From positions 3,842 through 67,841 of the forward strand of contig RKRN01000058.1 in assembly GCA_007571365.1 (NCBI GenBank): 64,000 nucleotides of DNA. Direction: 5' to 3'. This document shows, one piece after another, positions 8,329 to 23,530 of the stretch; position 1 is the first letter of the stretch, and each line of letters starts with the position of its first letter. The translations under genes and the position numbers were made by a program. Under the pieces are notes generated by a model, which searched no databases, was not told where the DNA came from, and saw only the letters and a program-made list of their open reading frames with translations. The DNA is from Candidatus Latescibacterota bacterium (GTDB taxonomy: Bacteria; Latescibacterota; UBA2968; UBA8231).

Positions 8329-10910
8329 GGAGTGGTGGATTGGCGGAGGATGCCCTCGGCCTCGACCAACTCTGGCCGCTCGCCGTACTGCTCTTTGTAT
8401 TGCTGGAGATCGGCCAGTGCCCCGGCAACATCGCCTTTGGCTTGGAGGGCGGCAGCCAATTCGTAGTAGCCCTCCCAGCGTTGCGGCGCGAGGGCAATGG
8501 CTTGGCGATAGAGACCCACGGCGCGATCGTAGGCCGAGTAGGGTTCTTGGATCAGCACGCCGGTCAGCGCGATGATATTGTCGTAGGTGGCGGCCGGCTC
8601 AACATTGACGCGCTCAATGAGGAACTGCACGGCGTCGTGGATGTGCTCAATGGCGATGCCGTGCTGGCCGAGTTCGCTAAAGTAATCGGCCGCCGCATAG
8701 TGGTTTTCCCAACTTATGTAGATGTTGTCCCGCGCCCACTGCATCAGCTGCGGCACTTCGGCTCGGCGTCCCTGCTCCTCGTAGCTGCGGGCCAATTGCA
8801 AGACGCAAGCCCAGTAGTTGCCTAAGAGGCGTTTGGAGTTTTCGTCCTTGTACAAAGACGGATCGGTGAGGCCGCGGAAGCGGTATTTTTCGAGCAGATT
8901 GCGCTCTAAGGCCGCGTCATCGACGCCGTCAGTAGGCTCGGGCCCGACTTTTACGCTCATGCCGACCATCGTTAGGTAGGGGTCGAGGTTGAGCAGGTTG
9001 CTGGTGGGAACGGTGATGGCAAAGTGGATGGGGTTTTTCCACTCGTTCCAAGCGAGGATTTTGATGACCATGACGTCTTGGACGCGGAGGATTGGGTACT
9101 CAGGCGGCGCACTCACTTCCACGCCAATGCCCAGTTTCTTGAACTCCGGTGGCACTTTAGGCTCGGGCCAGTACCGTTTGTAGAAATCAACCGTCTGCGT
9201 ATCGGTCAGCACTGAGTCGATGAAATCGTCGGTGTAGCGGATGTCGATGCGCGGCTCGCGGTCGCGCAGTTGCTTGATGTACCAGTTGGTGTTCAACAGG
9301 CTCAAGTTGACCACCCGCACATCGCGCCGCAGCCCTTCTACTTCTTGCAAGAACCACAGCGGGAAGGTGTCGTTGTCTCCGTTGGTGAACAGGATGGAGC
9401 CTTCGTCGCAACTAATTAGCATGTTGTACGCGTAGTCATAGGCGATGAAGTCGCCGGTGCGGTCTTGCACGTGATAGAGCCGGGCGGCTATCCCGGCCGG
9501 CAGCAGCAACCCAGCCGCGGCCACGGCTAGCACGACCGCCCGATGTTTGCCCCACTGCTGCCGCACCGCCTCAACCAAGCCCAGCCAGCCCAACCCGATC
9601 CACAGCGCGAACGCCAAGTACATGCCGCCGAACACGTAGTGCCGCTCGCGCGGCTGTGGGTCTGGCATGTTCAGGTAGAGCGACAGCCCAAAGCCCATCA
9701 CCAAGAACAGCAGCAACACGCCGCCAAACCGCCGCCAGTCTCGCCGCCCGTGCCACCACAGCCCCCACAGCCCCAGCCCGTACGGCACCAGCGAAATGGA
9801 CACGGGATCCGGCATATTTATAGTGGCCTTGCGGAACACCTCGACCCGCTCCAACAGCGGAAAGGGAAACTGCTGAAAGAAGTACTTCATCTGCTGATCC
9901 CAAAACTGATAGGCGCGGCTCGCCCGCGCCGTCAGCATGGTCGTCAGCATGCTCTCAGTGCCGTATTGCTCGCGGTTGAGGAACTTGAGGAAGGCCAACC
10001 AAGTCTCTGGATCGTTCTCGTCAATGGCTGGATCCAAGCCAGAGCGGATGTACAGTGCACCATAGGTGGAATAGCCCAGCGCGAACAGCACGAGGACGCC
10101 TAGTAGGAGGAAGAACAACCGCTGATTCTGCGGGTCGTTCTGCCGCAGCAAATAGAGCACTACCAGCCCTTCTAGCACGATTCCTACATTCGATCCTAGC
10201 CCCGGCCCTAGTGCGACTATCGTCAGGAGTGCGGCGGCTCCCCATAGTAGCAGCAGCAAGATGAGCCGCCGGAGCTCGCGATCGGCAAACCACGCCAGCA
10301 GCATAAGCGATGGAATCGTCAACAGGCACAACAGATGCACGCCGCCGCCGAGGCCGAATAAATACGCCAGTGCCAACAGCCAGCGGTCGTTGGCCGCGCC
10401 CGCGCCGCTGCCTTCCCAGTAGAAAATCAGCCACAGCCCCAGACAGGTAAACAAGATGGAGTAGCCATACACCTCGGCTTCGGAGGCATTGTACCACTGA
10501 GTGTAGGAAAACGCCAAGGTCAGCGCGGCGACGGCCGCGCCGGCGAGGACCCCGATGTCGCGGCCGTCGCCCAGCGGTTGCAGGGGCTGACCGCCCAAGG
10601 CCCGCCGCCCGAGCGCGATGGTCGATAGATAGACGCACCAAATTGCCAGCGCGGATGTCAGCGCGGACATAAAATTGACGCGGATGGCCACGTCGCCGAT
10701 GGGAAACAAAGTAAAGACGCGCCCCAACAGCACGTACAAAGGGGCACCCGGCGGATGGGGCACACCGAGGATGTAGGACGTGGCGATAAACTCACCACAG
10801 TCCCAAAACGACACAGTTGGCGCGAGGGTCTTCGCGTACATCCCCAGCGTCAGCACAAAAATTCCCACCCCGAAAACCCGGTGGATTACAGCGGAATTAG
10901 GCATTGGCAA
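8325..10910 (-). CDS. DUF2723-type polytopic glycosyltransferase-like membrane protein with C-terminal TPR repeats
   Basis: N-terminal FWDCGEFIATSYILGVPHPPGAPLY signature, many TM helices, and a TPR-like C-terminus. Confidence 0.8.
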   Translation of the reverse strand: MPMPNSAVIHRVFGVGIFVLTLGMYAKTLAPTVSFWDCGEFIATSYILGVPHPPGAPLYVLLGRVFTLFPIGDVAIRVNFMSALTSALAIWCVYLSTIALGRRALGGQPLQPLGDGRDIGVLAGAAVAALTLAFSYTQWYNASEAEVYGYSILFTCLGLWLIFYWEGSGAGAANDRWLLALAYLFGLGGGVHLLCLLTIPSLMLLAWFADRELRRLILLLLLWGAAALLTIVALGPGLGSNVGIVLEGLVVLYLLRQNDPQNQRLFFLLLGVLVLFALGYSTYGALYIRSGLDPAIDENDPETWLAFLKFLNREQYGTESMLTTMLTARASRAYQFWDQQMKYFFQQFPFPLLERVEVFRKATINMPDPVSISLVPYGLGLWGLWWHGRRDWRRFGGVLLLFLVMGFGLSLYLNMPDPQPRERHYVFGGMYLAFALWIGLGWLGLVEAVRQQWGKHRAVVLAVAAAGLLLPAGIAARLYHVQDRTGDFIAYDYAYNMLISCDEGSILFTNGDNDTFPLWFLQEVEGLRRDVRVVNLSLLNTNWYIKQLRDREPRIDIRYTDDFIDSVLTDTQTVDFYKRYWPEPKVPPEFKKLGIGVEVSAPPEYPILRVQDVMVIKILAWNEWKNPIHFAITVPTSNLLNLDPYLTMVGMSVKVGPEPTDGVDDAALERNLLEKYRFRGLTDPSLYKDENSKRLLGNYWACVLQLARSYEEQGRRAEVPQLMQWARDNIYISWENHYAAADYFSELGQHGIAIEHIHDAVQFLIERVNVEPAATYDNIIALTGVLIQEPYSAYDRAVGLYRQAIALAPQRWEGYYELAAALQAKGDVAGALADLQQYKEQYGERPELVEAEGILRQSTTP

Positions 10911-10920
10911 AGGTCTTAGA

Positions 10921-11093
10921 TGCTAACGTTACGCACTACTGCTTCCTGTTCCGTCACGCCCGCGCAAGCTCCCGTCCAGCGGGGCCGGACGGGAGCTAAC
11001 GGCGTTGGATTCCCGCCCCGTGTCAGGGCACGGGGTGACGTTCTTACGCGGGAAGGACAAGAGGTATGGGATGCCTGTGCGTAACATCAGTTA
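10921..11093. mobile_element. MITE-like element, copy A (left end degenerate)
   Basis: Ends are gcTAACGTTACGCAc and GTGCGTAACATCAGT followed by TA. An internal ~55-nt hairpin module matches copy B in inverted orientation. Confidence 0.55.
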
Positions 11094-11184
11094 GGTGAAT
11101 GCATGGATAAACAATCTAAACTTTAATATTTAATATAAGGAATATAAGATAACGTGAGTTTGGGTTGCGCGGCCTATATGAAGT

Positions 11185-12954
11185 TTAGTCTTCGGCCGCG
11201 TCGTCTATCGCTTGGTAGGCGACCAGCTCCCAGCCGTGAAACACCACCGCCAAGCCGATGTGCCGCACCGACGGGTAGCGGCGGCGCAAGGACGGGTCGG
11301 CCAAGTAGCCCCGCAACTGAAGCCCGGCCTCCTGCACCTTGTCCGCGACGATGGATTCGTCGAGGGATTCGCTCCGCTTGAGATACTTGAGTTCGAGCAC
11401 GTAGCCGAACTGCATGTCGGAATACTGCGCCACAAATGGCTCCAAGTACAAATCCGCATACCCCTTGTTGAGTTCGTACTCCGAGTGCAGCAGAAAATAC
11501 TGGGATAGGCTCAAGTGGGCGGCGACAAAGCCGTGGACGACCTTCTCGCCGTCCATGTAGTCGCGGATGCCAGTTTGTTCGGCCAAGGCATCGCGCAAAA
11601 AGTCCAAGACTGGCTGCCAAGTGCCGTCGTAGGCCATTTCTTGAGCCAAGCAGAAAAAGGTGTACACATCGACCGAGAACACCCCCACATCATCGTATGC
11701 ATCGCGCAGGTAGCCATACATCAGCCGCTTGACCGTTTGATTGGGAATGCCGAGTTGGGGCATCCCGCGCTCCATGGCGCGAATACTGAGCAGGCCGAAG
11801 TAATGCAGCAGCGATAGGAAGTTTTCGCGTCGGTCAAGCTGGTTGAGGGGAAAGCTGAGTTGGATGGGGGTGTTCACCTGTTCTTGGCCGATGATGTGGC
11901 GCAGTAGGTCAAAGTTGCCGTTGAGCTGCCGGTTGACCGTCAGCAGGTGGCGCAACTTGCCGTAGTCAACCCGCACGTTGGTATCGATCAACTCGTCCGG
12001 CATGGATCGGTTTGGAATGGAAGCCTTTAGATAGTAGAGAACCATGTCGGTATTGTATATATCGTCCTCGGTGCTCTTGGCGAACCGATAGCCATTGTAC
12101 CATTCCCGCATCACGTCCAGTGCGGCTTCGACTTCTTGATCGAACGCACCGTGGTCGCGGTACATTTCCAGCAACTCCCGCGTCTCCTCCTCGGTGAAAC
12201 CGAGCATATCGTTGAACTCCGGTTCCAAGCTGATGTTGCGACCGATGTTGAAGCCACTGGTAACGTCGTCCATCGTAATGGGCGACACGCCGGTGATGAA
12301 CATGCGCTCCAAGCCGCCATCGCTGTGCCCGGTCCCGTCCTTGAGCGTAGCGAAGAAATTGCGATAGAAGCCGCCGCCGTGGGTGAACGCCTGATACGCC
12401 TCATCGCCGTGATAGGCCAGCACGGTATTGGCAAAGTTGTCGTACTCGTCAATGAGCACATACAGCGGAATGCCGTGTTCGCCGGCATACACGAATAGTT
12501 CATTGAGCTGACCATTGACCGAGCTTGAGGCGCGGATGTGCTGCCGCGCCGCCTCAGGAAACAAATCCGCATTGCGCTCCAGCGTACTGCGGATTATCAG
12601 TTGACAATACTCTTCAAAATAGTGTTCGAGGGTCTCTAAGGCGGTTTTGAACGCCGAAAAGTTGAAGCGCAGGATGACGTAGCGATGGCGGTTTTGGGTC
12701 GGCTGCCGTCCCAAGTCCGTGCCGCCGAAGATGGTCTCAAATTCGTCAGCTCTCTTGCGGTCGTAGTAGTTGGCCAGCAGCGACACCCAGCAGGACTTGC
12801 CAAAGCGACGCGGGCGAATCAGAAAGACGTAGCCTTCTTCTTCTAGGGCGTGGACAAAGCGGGTTTTATCGACATAGAGCCAGCGATTCAAGCGGATACG
12901 CTTGAAATCGGCCTCTCCGTAGGGAATGCGCGGATAGGAGGAATTAGGAGGCAT
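11185..12954 (-). CDS. AAA-ATPase-like domain protein with C-terminal PD-(D/E)XK (PDDEXK_9-type) domain
   Basis: N-terminal IPYGEADFKRI...YVDKT...IRPRRFGKS pattern. C-terminal GYADLYLEP...YVLELKY. Confidence 0.8.
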   Translation of the reverse strand: MPPNSSYPRIPYGEADFKRIRLNRWLYVDKTRFVHALEEEGYVFLIRPRRFGKSCWVSLLANYYDRKRADEFETIFGGTDLGRQPTQNRHRYVILRFNFSAFKTALETLEHYFEEYCQLIIRSTLERNADLFPEAARQHIRASSSVNGQLNELFVYAGEHGIPLYVLIDEYDNFANTVLAYHGDEAYQAFTHGGGFYRNFFATLKDGTGHSDGGLERMFITGVSPITMDDVTSGFNIGRNISLEPEFNDMLGFTEEETRELLEMYRDHGAFDQEVEAALDVMREWYNGYRFAKSTEDDIYNTDMVLYYLKASIPNRSMPDELIDTNVRVDYGKLRHLLTVNRQLNGNFDLLRHIIGQEQVNTPIQLSFPLNQLDRRENFLSLLHYFGLLSIRAMERGMPQLGIPNQTVKRLMYGYLRDAYDDVGVFSVDVYTFFCLAQEMAYDGTWQPVLDFLRDALAEQTGIRDYMDGEKVVHGFVAAHLSLSQYFLLHSEYELNKGYADLYLEPFVAQYSDMQFGYVLELKYLKRSESLDESIVADKVQEAGLQLRGYLADPSLRRRYPSVRHIGLAVVFHGWELVAYQAIDDAAED

Positions 12955-12976
12955 TGGCCATGATCTTAGTCTTAGA

Positions 12977-14740
12977 TTATTTGTACATTTCGTCGATTTT
13001 ATGGACGTATTTCTCCACGACCGTCCGCCGCTTCACCTTCAGGGTCGGCGTGAGGTCTCCGGCCTCCAACGAAAAAGGTTTTCCGAGCAACGCGATCTTT
13101 TTGACTTTCTCGAATTGCGCCAACTCTGAACAACGAATAATTACCTCGGCCATGAAACGGTCTTGCACGTCGGGGTGCGTGCAAATTTCTTCATCATTAG
13201 TATAGTGAATCCCGCTGGAAGCGGCCCAAGTTCGCAACTTTGCAAAATCCGGTACGATCAAAGCAGATGGATAATTCCTGCGCTCGCCGACGACCACGGC
13301 TGCGTCGATTAGCGGACTCTTTTGCAAGCGACTCTCGATGAATGATGGAGCTATGTATTTACCGGCTGAAGTCTTGATCAAGTCCTTCTTGCGATCGGAG
13401 ATCCAAAGGAAACCCTCGCCATCGAGCCGGCCTATATCCCCTGTATAGAGCCACCCGTCGGCAATGGCTTCCGCCGTCTGGCGCTCCATCTTGTAGTACC
13501 CTTGCATCACATTCGAACCGCGCACTAAAATTTCGCCATCTTCAGCAATGCGGACCTCAACATTGGGAATGATCTTGCCTACACTGCCGAACTTGATGCT
13601 GTCTGGCGTATTAATGGACACCAGCGGCGAGGCTTCGGTTAAACCATACCCTTCGTAGACTGGCAAGCCAAAAGCATAGAAGAACTCGGCTAGCTCGCGC
13701 CCTAGCGGGGCAGCACCGCAAACAAAGTACTGAATCCGCCCACCAAATACCCGCCGGAGCTTGCTAAATACCAACTTGTGGGCGAGCCAATGCTTGGGCT
13801 TGAGCGACCACGGCAACGGCTTGCCCGCCAAACGATAGGGCACCGTAGCCATACCTACATCCACCGCCCAGTCAAATACCTTCCGGCGCCATGGCGGCGC
13901 ACTCTGAATTCCCTCCCCGATTTGCCCATAGATCTTTTCAAAGAACCTCGGCACGCCCAGCACAGCGGTCGGTCGGACTTCTTGTAGGTTTATGGGCACC
14001 GACTCGAGCTTGCTCGCGTATGCAATCGTAGTACCCATCTTAAAGCAAACGTAATCCGACATCCGCTCGGCGATATGACTTAGGGGCAAAAACGACAAAA
14101 CCACATCCTCCCTACCGACGACGAGTTGGGAGTCGCGAATGTTGGTGGCGATGTTGCCATGGGAGAGCATCACGCCTTTGGGGATCCCGGTCGTTCCAGA
14201 TGTGTAAATGATGCTCGCTAGATCGTGCGGCTGGACGGCATCTATCGCCTGAGCGAAAGCTCGCTTGTCCTCTGGCGATGGCTCAGAAGCCCCTATCAAG
14301 GAATCGATCCGCGTGGCTCCCTCGGCATCAATAGCATCAAAAACGATGACGGTATCTAAGTTCGGCAACGCCCGGCGCAGAGGTAGGACTTTATCCAATT
14401 GTAAGCGGTTTGAACAAAAAATGGCGCGCACTTCGGAATGGTCGAGCAGATATCGAACTTGCCCGGCGGGCAGATTGGGATAGAGCGGGACGTTGACTAT
14501 GCCAGCGGTTACCATGGCGAAATCCGCGACCGCCCACTCCCAGCGGTTTTCCGCCAGCAGAGCGCACTTATCGCCGCGCCCCATGCCGGCTCGGCGCAAG
14601 GCCAGCTGCAAGTTGACGACGCGCCGCTCGAGCTCTTGGGAAGAAATCGGGGTATATATGCCGGATTCCCTGGTCAGAATGGCATCGCGCTTGTCGTGGG
14701 CTACGGCCACCTTGAATAACTTTGCTAGGGTGTCTGTCAT
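12977..14740 (-). CDS. Long-chain fatty acid-CoA ligase (AMP-forming)
   Basis: AMP-binding motif YTSGTTGIPKGVMLSHGN, plus GYGLTE and GDIG motifs. Confidence 0.9.
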   Translation of the reverse strand: MTDTLAKLFKVAVAHDKRDAILTRESGIYTPISSQELERRVVNLQLALRRAGMGRGDKCALLAENRWEWAVADFAMVTAGIVNVPLYPNLPAGQVRYLLDHSEVRAIFCSNRLQLDKVLPLRRALPNLDTVIVFDAIDAEGATRIDSLIGASEPSPEDKRAFAQAIDAVQPHDLASIIYTSGTTGIPKGVMLSHGNIATNIRDSQLVVGREDVVLSFLPLSHIAERMSDYVCFKMGTTIAYASKLESVPINLQEVRPTAVLGVPRFFEKIYGQIGEGIQSAPPWRRKVFDWAVDVGMATVPYRLAGKPLPWSLKPKHWLAHKLVFSKLRRVFGGRIQYFVCGAAPLGRELAEFFYAFGLPVYEGYGLTEASPLVSINTPDSIKFGSVGKIIPNVEVRIAEDGEILVRGSNVMQGYYKMERQTAEAIADGWLYTGDIGRLDGEGFLWISDRKKDLIKTSAGKYIAPSFIESRLQKSPLIDAAVVVGERRNYPSALIVPDFAKLRTWAASSGIHYTNDEEICTHPDVQDRFMAEVIIRCSELAQFEKVKKIALLGKPFSLEAGDLTPTLKVKRRTVVEKYVHKIDEMYK

Positions 14741-14750
14741 CTCAACCCAC

Positions 14751-15400
14751 CTAACTCACCAGTTCGGCCGTGCCCCAAGTGCTTGGATCGCGCTCGACGC
14801 CCATGTTCGAGATGGATGACCAAGACTGGGTGCCGTGCTGCGCGTCGTGCAACAGGTAGGCAAACCCCACTCGGCTAAACTCGCGCGGCGCAAAACCATT
14901 GAGACCGGCAGCCGGCAGTTTGATCTCTAGCTGATAGCTCCGCTTGAGCCGGCGCAAGCCGGTCTCGATCGCGTCTTCTGGGCAGGGCGGTGCCTGTTCG
15001 CGGGCGTCTTCAATGGAGGTCTGGCGGGCGATGGGTTGCTTGCCGCCTTGGCCGCTGCCGCCGGGCAAGACGTAAAACCGGTGGCAGAAGCGGTTGGCGC
15101 GGTGTTCCTTGACGTCGCGGGTGTCGATGAAAAGTTCGAGGCTGTCGCCGGCCGCGGGTTGAAGCGGATTGAGCTTGTAGGTCGTTTTATTCTTGACTTC
15201 GCAGGCAAAGTACAGGCCGCTGTCGTCGTAGGCCATGTAAACCGCGGCAAAGGATTGCTGGCCATCGACGGCCATCAGGTCGGGCACGCGCGCTGCGTCG
15301 CCCCAATCGCGCAAGTTGCCGTCGATTTTGGGCGGCTTCTGCGGCCGCGGGCAGCGAAAGGAAAACTCGAAAAAGGCGCGTTGGGGCAAGTGTAACTCGC

Positions 15401-15404
<4 letters not shown>
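14751..15404 (-). CDS. CBM9/DOMON-like carbohydrate-binding domain protein
   Basis: PPKIDGNLRDW...AAVYMAYDDSGLYFACEV...LELFIDTRD. ATG 15404 forms an ATGA overlap with the uvrA stop. The longer ORF-track start lies inside uvrA. Confidence 0.6.
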
Positions 15405-21070
<5,666 letters not shown>

Positions 21071-21111
21071 GACTTTATTATAGAGCGCGAGGGGCAGAAA
21101 GCGGAAACGAA

Positions 21112-21133
21112 AATGTACTATACGAATGTGCAG
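21112..21133. repeat. Direct repeat AATGTACTATACGAATGTGCAG, copy 1 (promoter-like on the minus strand, upstream of uvrA)
   Basis: Matches 22045..22064 with one mismatch and a 2-nt indel. The minus strand reads TTGCCC, 17 nt, then TACATT. Confidence 0.7.
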
Positions 21134-21180
21134 CGGGCAAATTTTCCCCGGGGAGCGGCCGGCCCCAGCAAAGGCCGGGG

Positions 21181-21197
21181 CTGCCTAACATCAGTTA
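21181..21197. repeat. Solo MITE terminal repeat CTGCCTAACATCAGTTA
   Basis: Matches the right TIR of the MITE copies at 16 of 17 positions. Its last three nt supply the Uma2 stop codon. No partner TIR was found nearby. Confidence 0.45.
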
Positions 21198-21989
21198 TTC
21201 AGACTGCGGGCGGTCTAGGTCTAGTTGTTCGCGCAGGCGTTTTAATTGCTCTTCGGCGGCCAAGCGGGCGGTGCGCTCGGCGTCGCGCTCGCTTTCGGCG
21301 GCGAGGCGGGCGTCGCGCTCGGCGTTGCGCTCGCTTTCGGCGGCGAGGCGGGCCGTGCGCTCGGCGAGACGGCCTTCGGCTTCGTCGTCGTACGTCGGCA
21401 GGTAGCGTTGGGCCGCCGGGTCGTACCACCGGAGCCGACCCTGTTCCCAGCAGAGGTCCAGCCCGAGTACACCGCTATGCCCCTGGGACCTGTCCGGGGT
21501 ACGCTGGGTGATAGGGATGCGATGGTACTGGCTGTTGAGCAGGTAGTCGCCAGCCAAGGGCACTTGGTGATACGCACCGCCTGTGGGATCAAATCGCCAG
21601 TACTCTGGGACGCCATACGCGGCGTAGCCAGCGCGTTTGTCCGTGTCGTCGCGCGGCCCGGTCGTGTGCGACGCAACTTCCAAGACGAAATCCGGGGGCT
21701 TGCCTTGACTCTCGATGGCGTAGCCGCGCTGGGCCAAGAAAGCGTCTCGGTCTATGTCGAAGGCGATCAACAGATCGGGAATCAAGATGCCCTCCCGCTG
21801 GCTGGTGGTCCAGCCGAGGGGGGCTTCACTGATGACGATGGTCGTGTCGGGGGCACCGAAGTGGCGGATGAGGACCGCCAAGTAGCCGGGGCTGTGGAGG
21901 TAAATCGCATTCTGCATGTCGTCCCTCGGCGGATAGTCCGGGAAGGAGTTGAGCGGTGTTGGTAGAGCTGCAAGCGGTTTGGTAGGCAT
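21195..21989 (-). CDS. Uma2 family (DUF820) PD-(D/E)XK endonuclease with a repetitive coiled-coil tail
   Basis: IPDLLIAF...PDFVLEVAS...K...GVPEYWRFDP pattern. The likely start is ATG 21989 (MPTKPL). The ORF-track start at 22082 would cover the flanking repeat. Confidence 0.8.
   Translation of the reverse strand: MPTKPLAALPTPLNSFPDYPPRDDMQNAIYLHSPGYLAVLIRHFGAPDTTIVISEAPLGWTTSQREGILIPDLLIAFDIDRDAFLAQRGYAIESQGKPPDFVLEVASHTTGPRDDTDKRAGYAAYGVPEYWRFDPTGGAYHQVPLAGDYLLNSQYHRIPITQRTPDRSQGHSGVLGLDLCWEQGRLRWYDPAAQRYLPTYDDEAEGRLAERTARLAAESERNAERDARLAAESERDAERTARLAAEEQLKRLREQLDLDRPQSE
21251..21375. repeat. 42-bp tandem repeat (about 2.5 units) inside the Uma2 3' end
   Basis: Units are at 21273..21314 and 21315..21356, with partial flanks. 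They encode the ARLAAESER(N/D)AER(D/T) repeats. Confidence 0.8.
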
Positions 21990-22044
21990 CGCGGGCCTCA
22001 GGGGTAAGGGAGTAAGTCGTGTAGCAGTATAAGGAGGCCTGAGG

Positions 22045-22064
22045 AATGTACTATGCGAATGCAG
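22045..22064. repeat. Direct repeat AATGTACTATGCGAATGCAG, copy 2 (promoter-like, upstream of Uma2)
   Basis: See 21112..21133. The minus strand reads TTGCTA, 16 nt, then TACATT. Confidence 0.7.
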
Positions 22065-22093
22065 AATAGCAAGGCGGCCCATCGCTCCATTGC

Positions 22094-22122
22094 TTGACGG
22101 CCCCTTTTTAGCTGCCTATACT
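22094..22122 (+). promoter_or_regulatory. Sigma70-like promoter for the sugar-phosphate isomerase gene
   Basis: TTGACG, a 17-nt spacer, then TATACT. An AGAGGAG RBS lies before ATG 22179. Confidence 0.5.
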
Positions 22123-22178
22123 AGCCGCTCGGTAATCCAGTAAAATCAATCGTTTATAACCCAAGAGGAGTTGCGAAA

Positions 22179-22979
22179 ATGATTCATTTAGGGGCCAACT
22201 CGGTGCTCTTTGCCGGCTTTGATCTGGAAACGGCGATGCGCCATATCCACCTTGCTGGCTACGACGGCGTCGAGCTAGCGGCCATCAAGGGCATGTGCGA
22301 GCACTTGGAGCTAGACAATTGGCCGGCGCAGGCCAACCAAATCAAAGAGCTAGCGGAAAAATACCAGCTAAAATTGCTGTCTATGGAAGAAGCTGCGCTC
22401 GACGAAGAGCGGCTGATGCTGGCGTTTGCGGCGGGTGCTGAGATCGGCATTCCGGTTATCAACGTCGGGCCGGGCGGCAAAAGCGATATAGAGGAAGATT
22501 TTGACCGGCAGGTTGCGCTGCTGGGCAAGATGGCCGATAGGGCACGCGATCACGGGGTGACGCTGTGCGTCAAGGCACACGTGGGGCAGTGCATTTACGA
22601 TACGCCGACCACGTTGCGGGCGATGGAGCGGATCGACTCGCCGGGGTTTGGGGTGGACATGGATCCGAGTCACATCCATCGGGCGGGGGAGAGCGCGGTA
22701 GAGGCCCTGGCGGCGGTTATCGCGCGGGTCAAGCACGTGCATATCCGCGATTGCGCCGTGGCCGAAGGTGGCCCGGGTGCGCCGGAGTTGCAGGCGTGTG
22801 GGCGGGGGCACATCGATTTGTTCGGATACGTCGAGGTGCTGCACGAATCGGGCCTAGACGTGGCGGCCAACTTGGAAGTGATCGGTGCCAAGGAATACGA
22901 CTTGGGGCAGGTGGCGACGATTGCGGCCGAGAGCCGGGGGTATTTGAACGCCTGCTTGCGGGCTTGCGGTGCCCGTTAG
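22179..22979 (+). CDS. Sugar phosphate isomerase/epimerase (xylose isomerase-like TIM barrel)
   Basis: Overall pattern fits: GYDGVELA near the N-terminus and HVHIRD near the C-terminus. Confidence 0.75.
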   Translation: MIHLGANSVLFAGFDLETAMRHIHLAGYDGVELAAIKGMCEHLELDNWPAQANQIKELAEKYQLKLLSMEEAALDEERLMLAFAAGAEIGIPVINVGPGGKSDIEEDFDRQVALLGKMADRARDHGVTLCVKAHVGQCIYDTPTTLRAMERIDSPGFGVDMDPSHIHRAGESAVEALAAVIARVKHVHIRDCAVAEGGPGAPELQACGRGHIDLFGYVEVLHESGLDVAANLEVIGAKEYDLGQVATIAAESRGYLNACLRACGAR

Positions 22980-23520
22980 TCGCGCCTTTATCGCCATCCG
23001 GGTGCCGGCGGCATTGGGAGAGTTGAGCGACGCGATGCGACCGTTGTGGCCGGCGCAGGGGGTGCGTTGGGTGCGGCCGGAGAATCTCCATTTGACGCTG
23101 CGCTTTCTCGGGGCGGCTGAGGATGCGCAAATCGCCGTGCTGAGGCCGGGGCTGACGGCGGTTGCCGTGCGGCATGAAGCGTTTACTGATACTGTAGAGC
23201 GCAGCGGCTGCTTCCCCAATCGCCGCCGGCCGAAGGTTATTTGGGCTGGCGTGGCAGATGAGGACGGCCGGTGGGGTGCGTTGCAACGGGATGTTGAAGA
23301 AGTGGTGTGCGCTGCGGGTTGGGAGCCGGAGGAACGGGCCTTCCGCCCGCATGTGACACTGGGTCGGGTGCGGGCCGCGGTGCGCCTGCCACGCAGCAAA
23401 TGGAGCGGCGAGCTGCCGCGGTTGCCGGTCCCGGTGGAAGCAGTGGAGCTGATCGAAAGCATCCTCAAACCGACCGGGGCCGAGTATCAGACCTTGCACC
23501 GAGCGGTGCTTACCCCGTAG
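22969..23520 (+). CDS. thpR: RNA 2',3'-cyclic phosphodiesterase ThpR (LigT/2H family)
   Basis: Two H-x-T motifs (HLTLRF and HVTLGR). GTG start overlaps the previous gene by 11 nt. Confidence 0.8.
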   Translation: MPVSRAFIAIRVPAALGELSDAMRPLWPAQGVRWVRPENLHLTLRFLGAAEDAQIAVLRPGLTAVAVRHEAFTDTVERSGCFPNRRRPKVIWAGVADEDGRWGALQRDVEEVVCAAGWEPEERAFRPHVTLGRVRAAVRLPRSKWSGELPRLPVPVEAVELIESILKPTGAEYQTLHRAVLTP

Positions 23521-23530
23521 AGGAGCCTCC

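Noticed and set aside
21251-21375. Possible CRISPR-like or minisatellite array
   Set aside because: The 42-bp units are contiguous without spacers, and they are in frame inside the Uma2 coding region. No CRISPR array was seen anywhere in the window.
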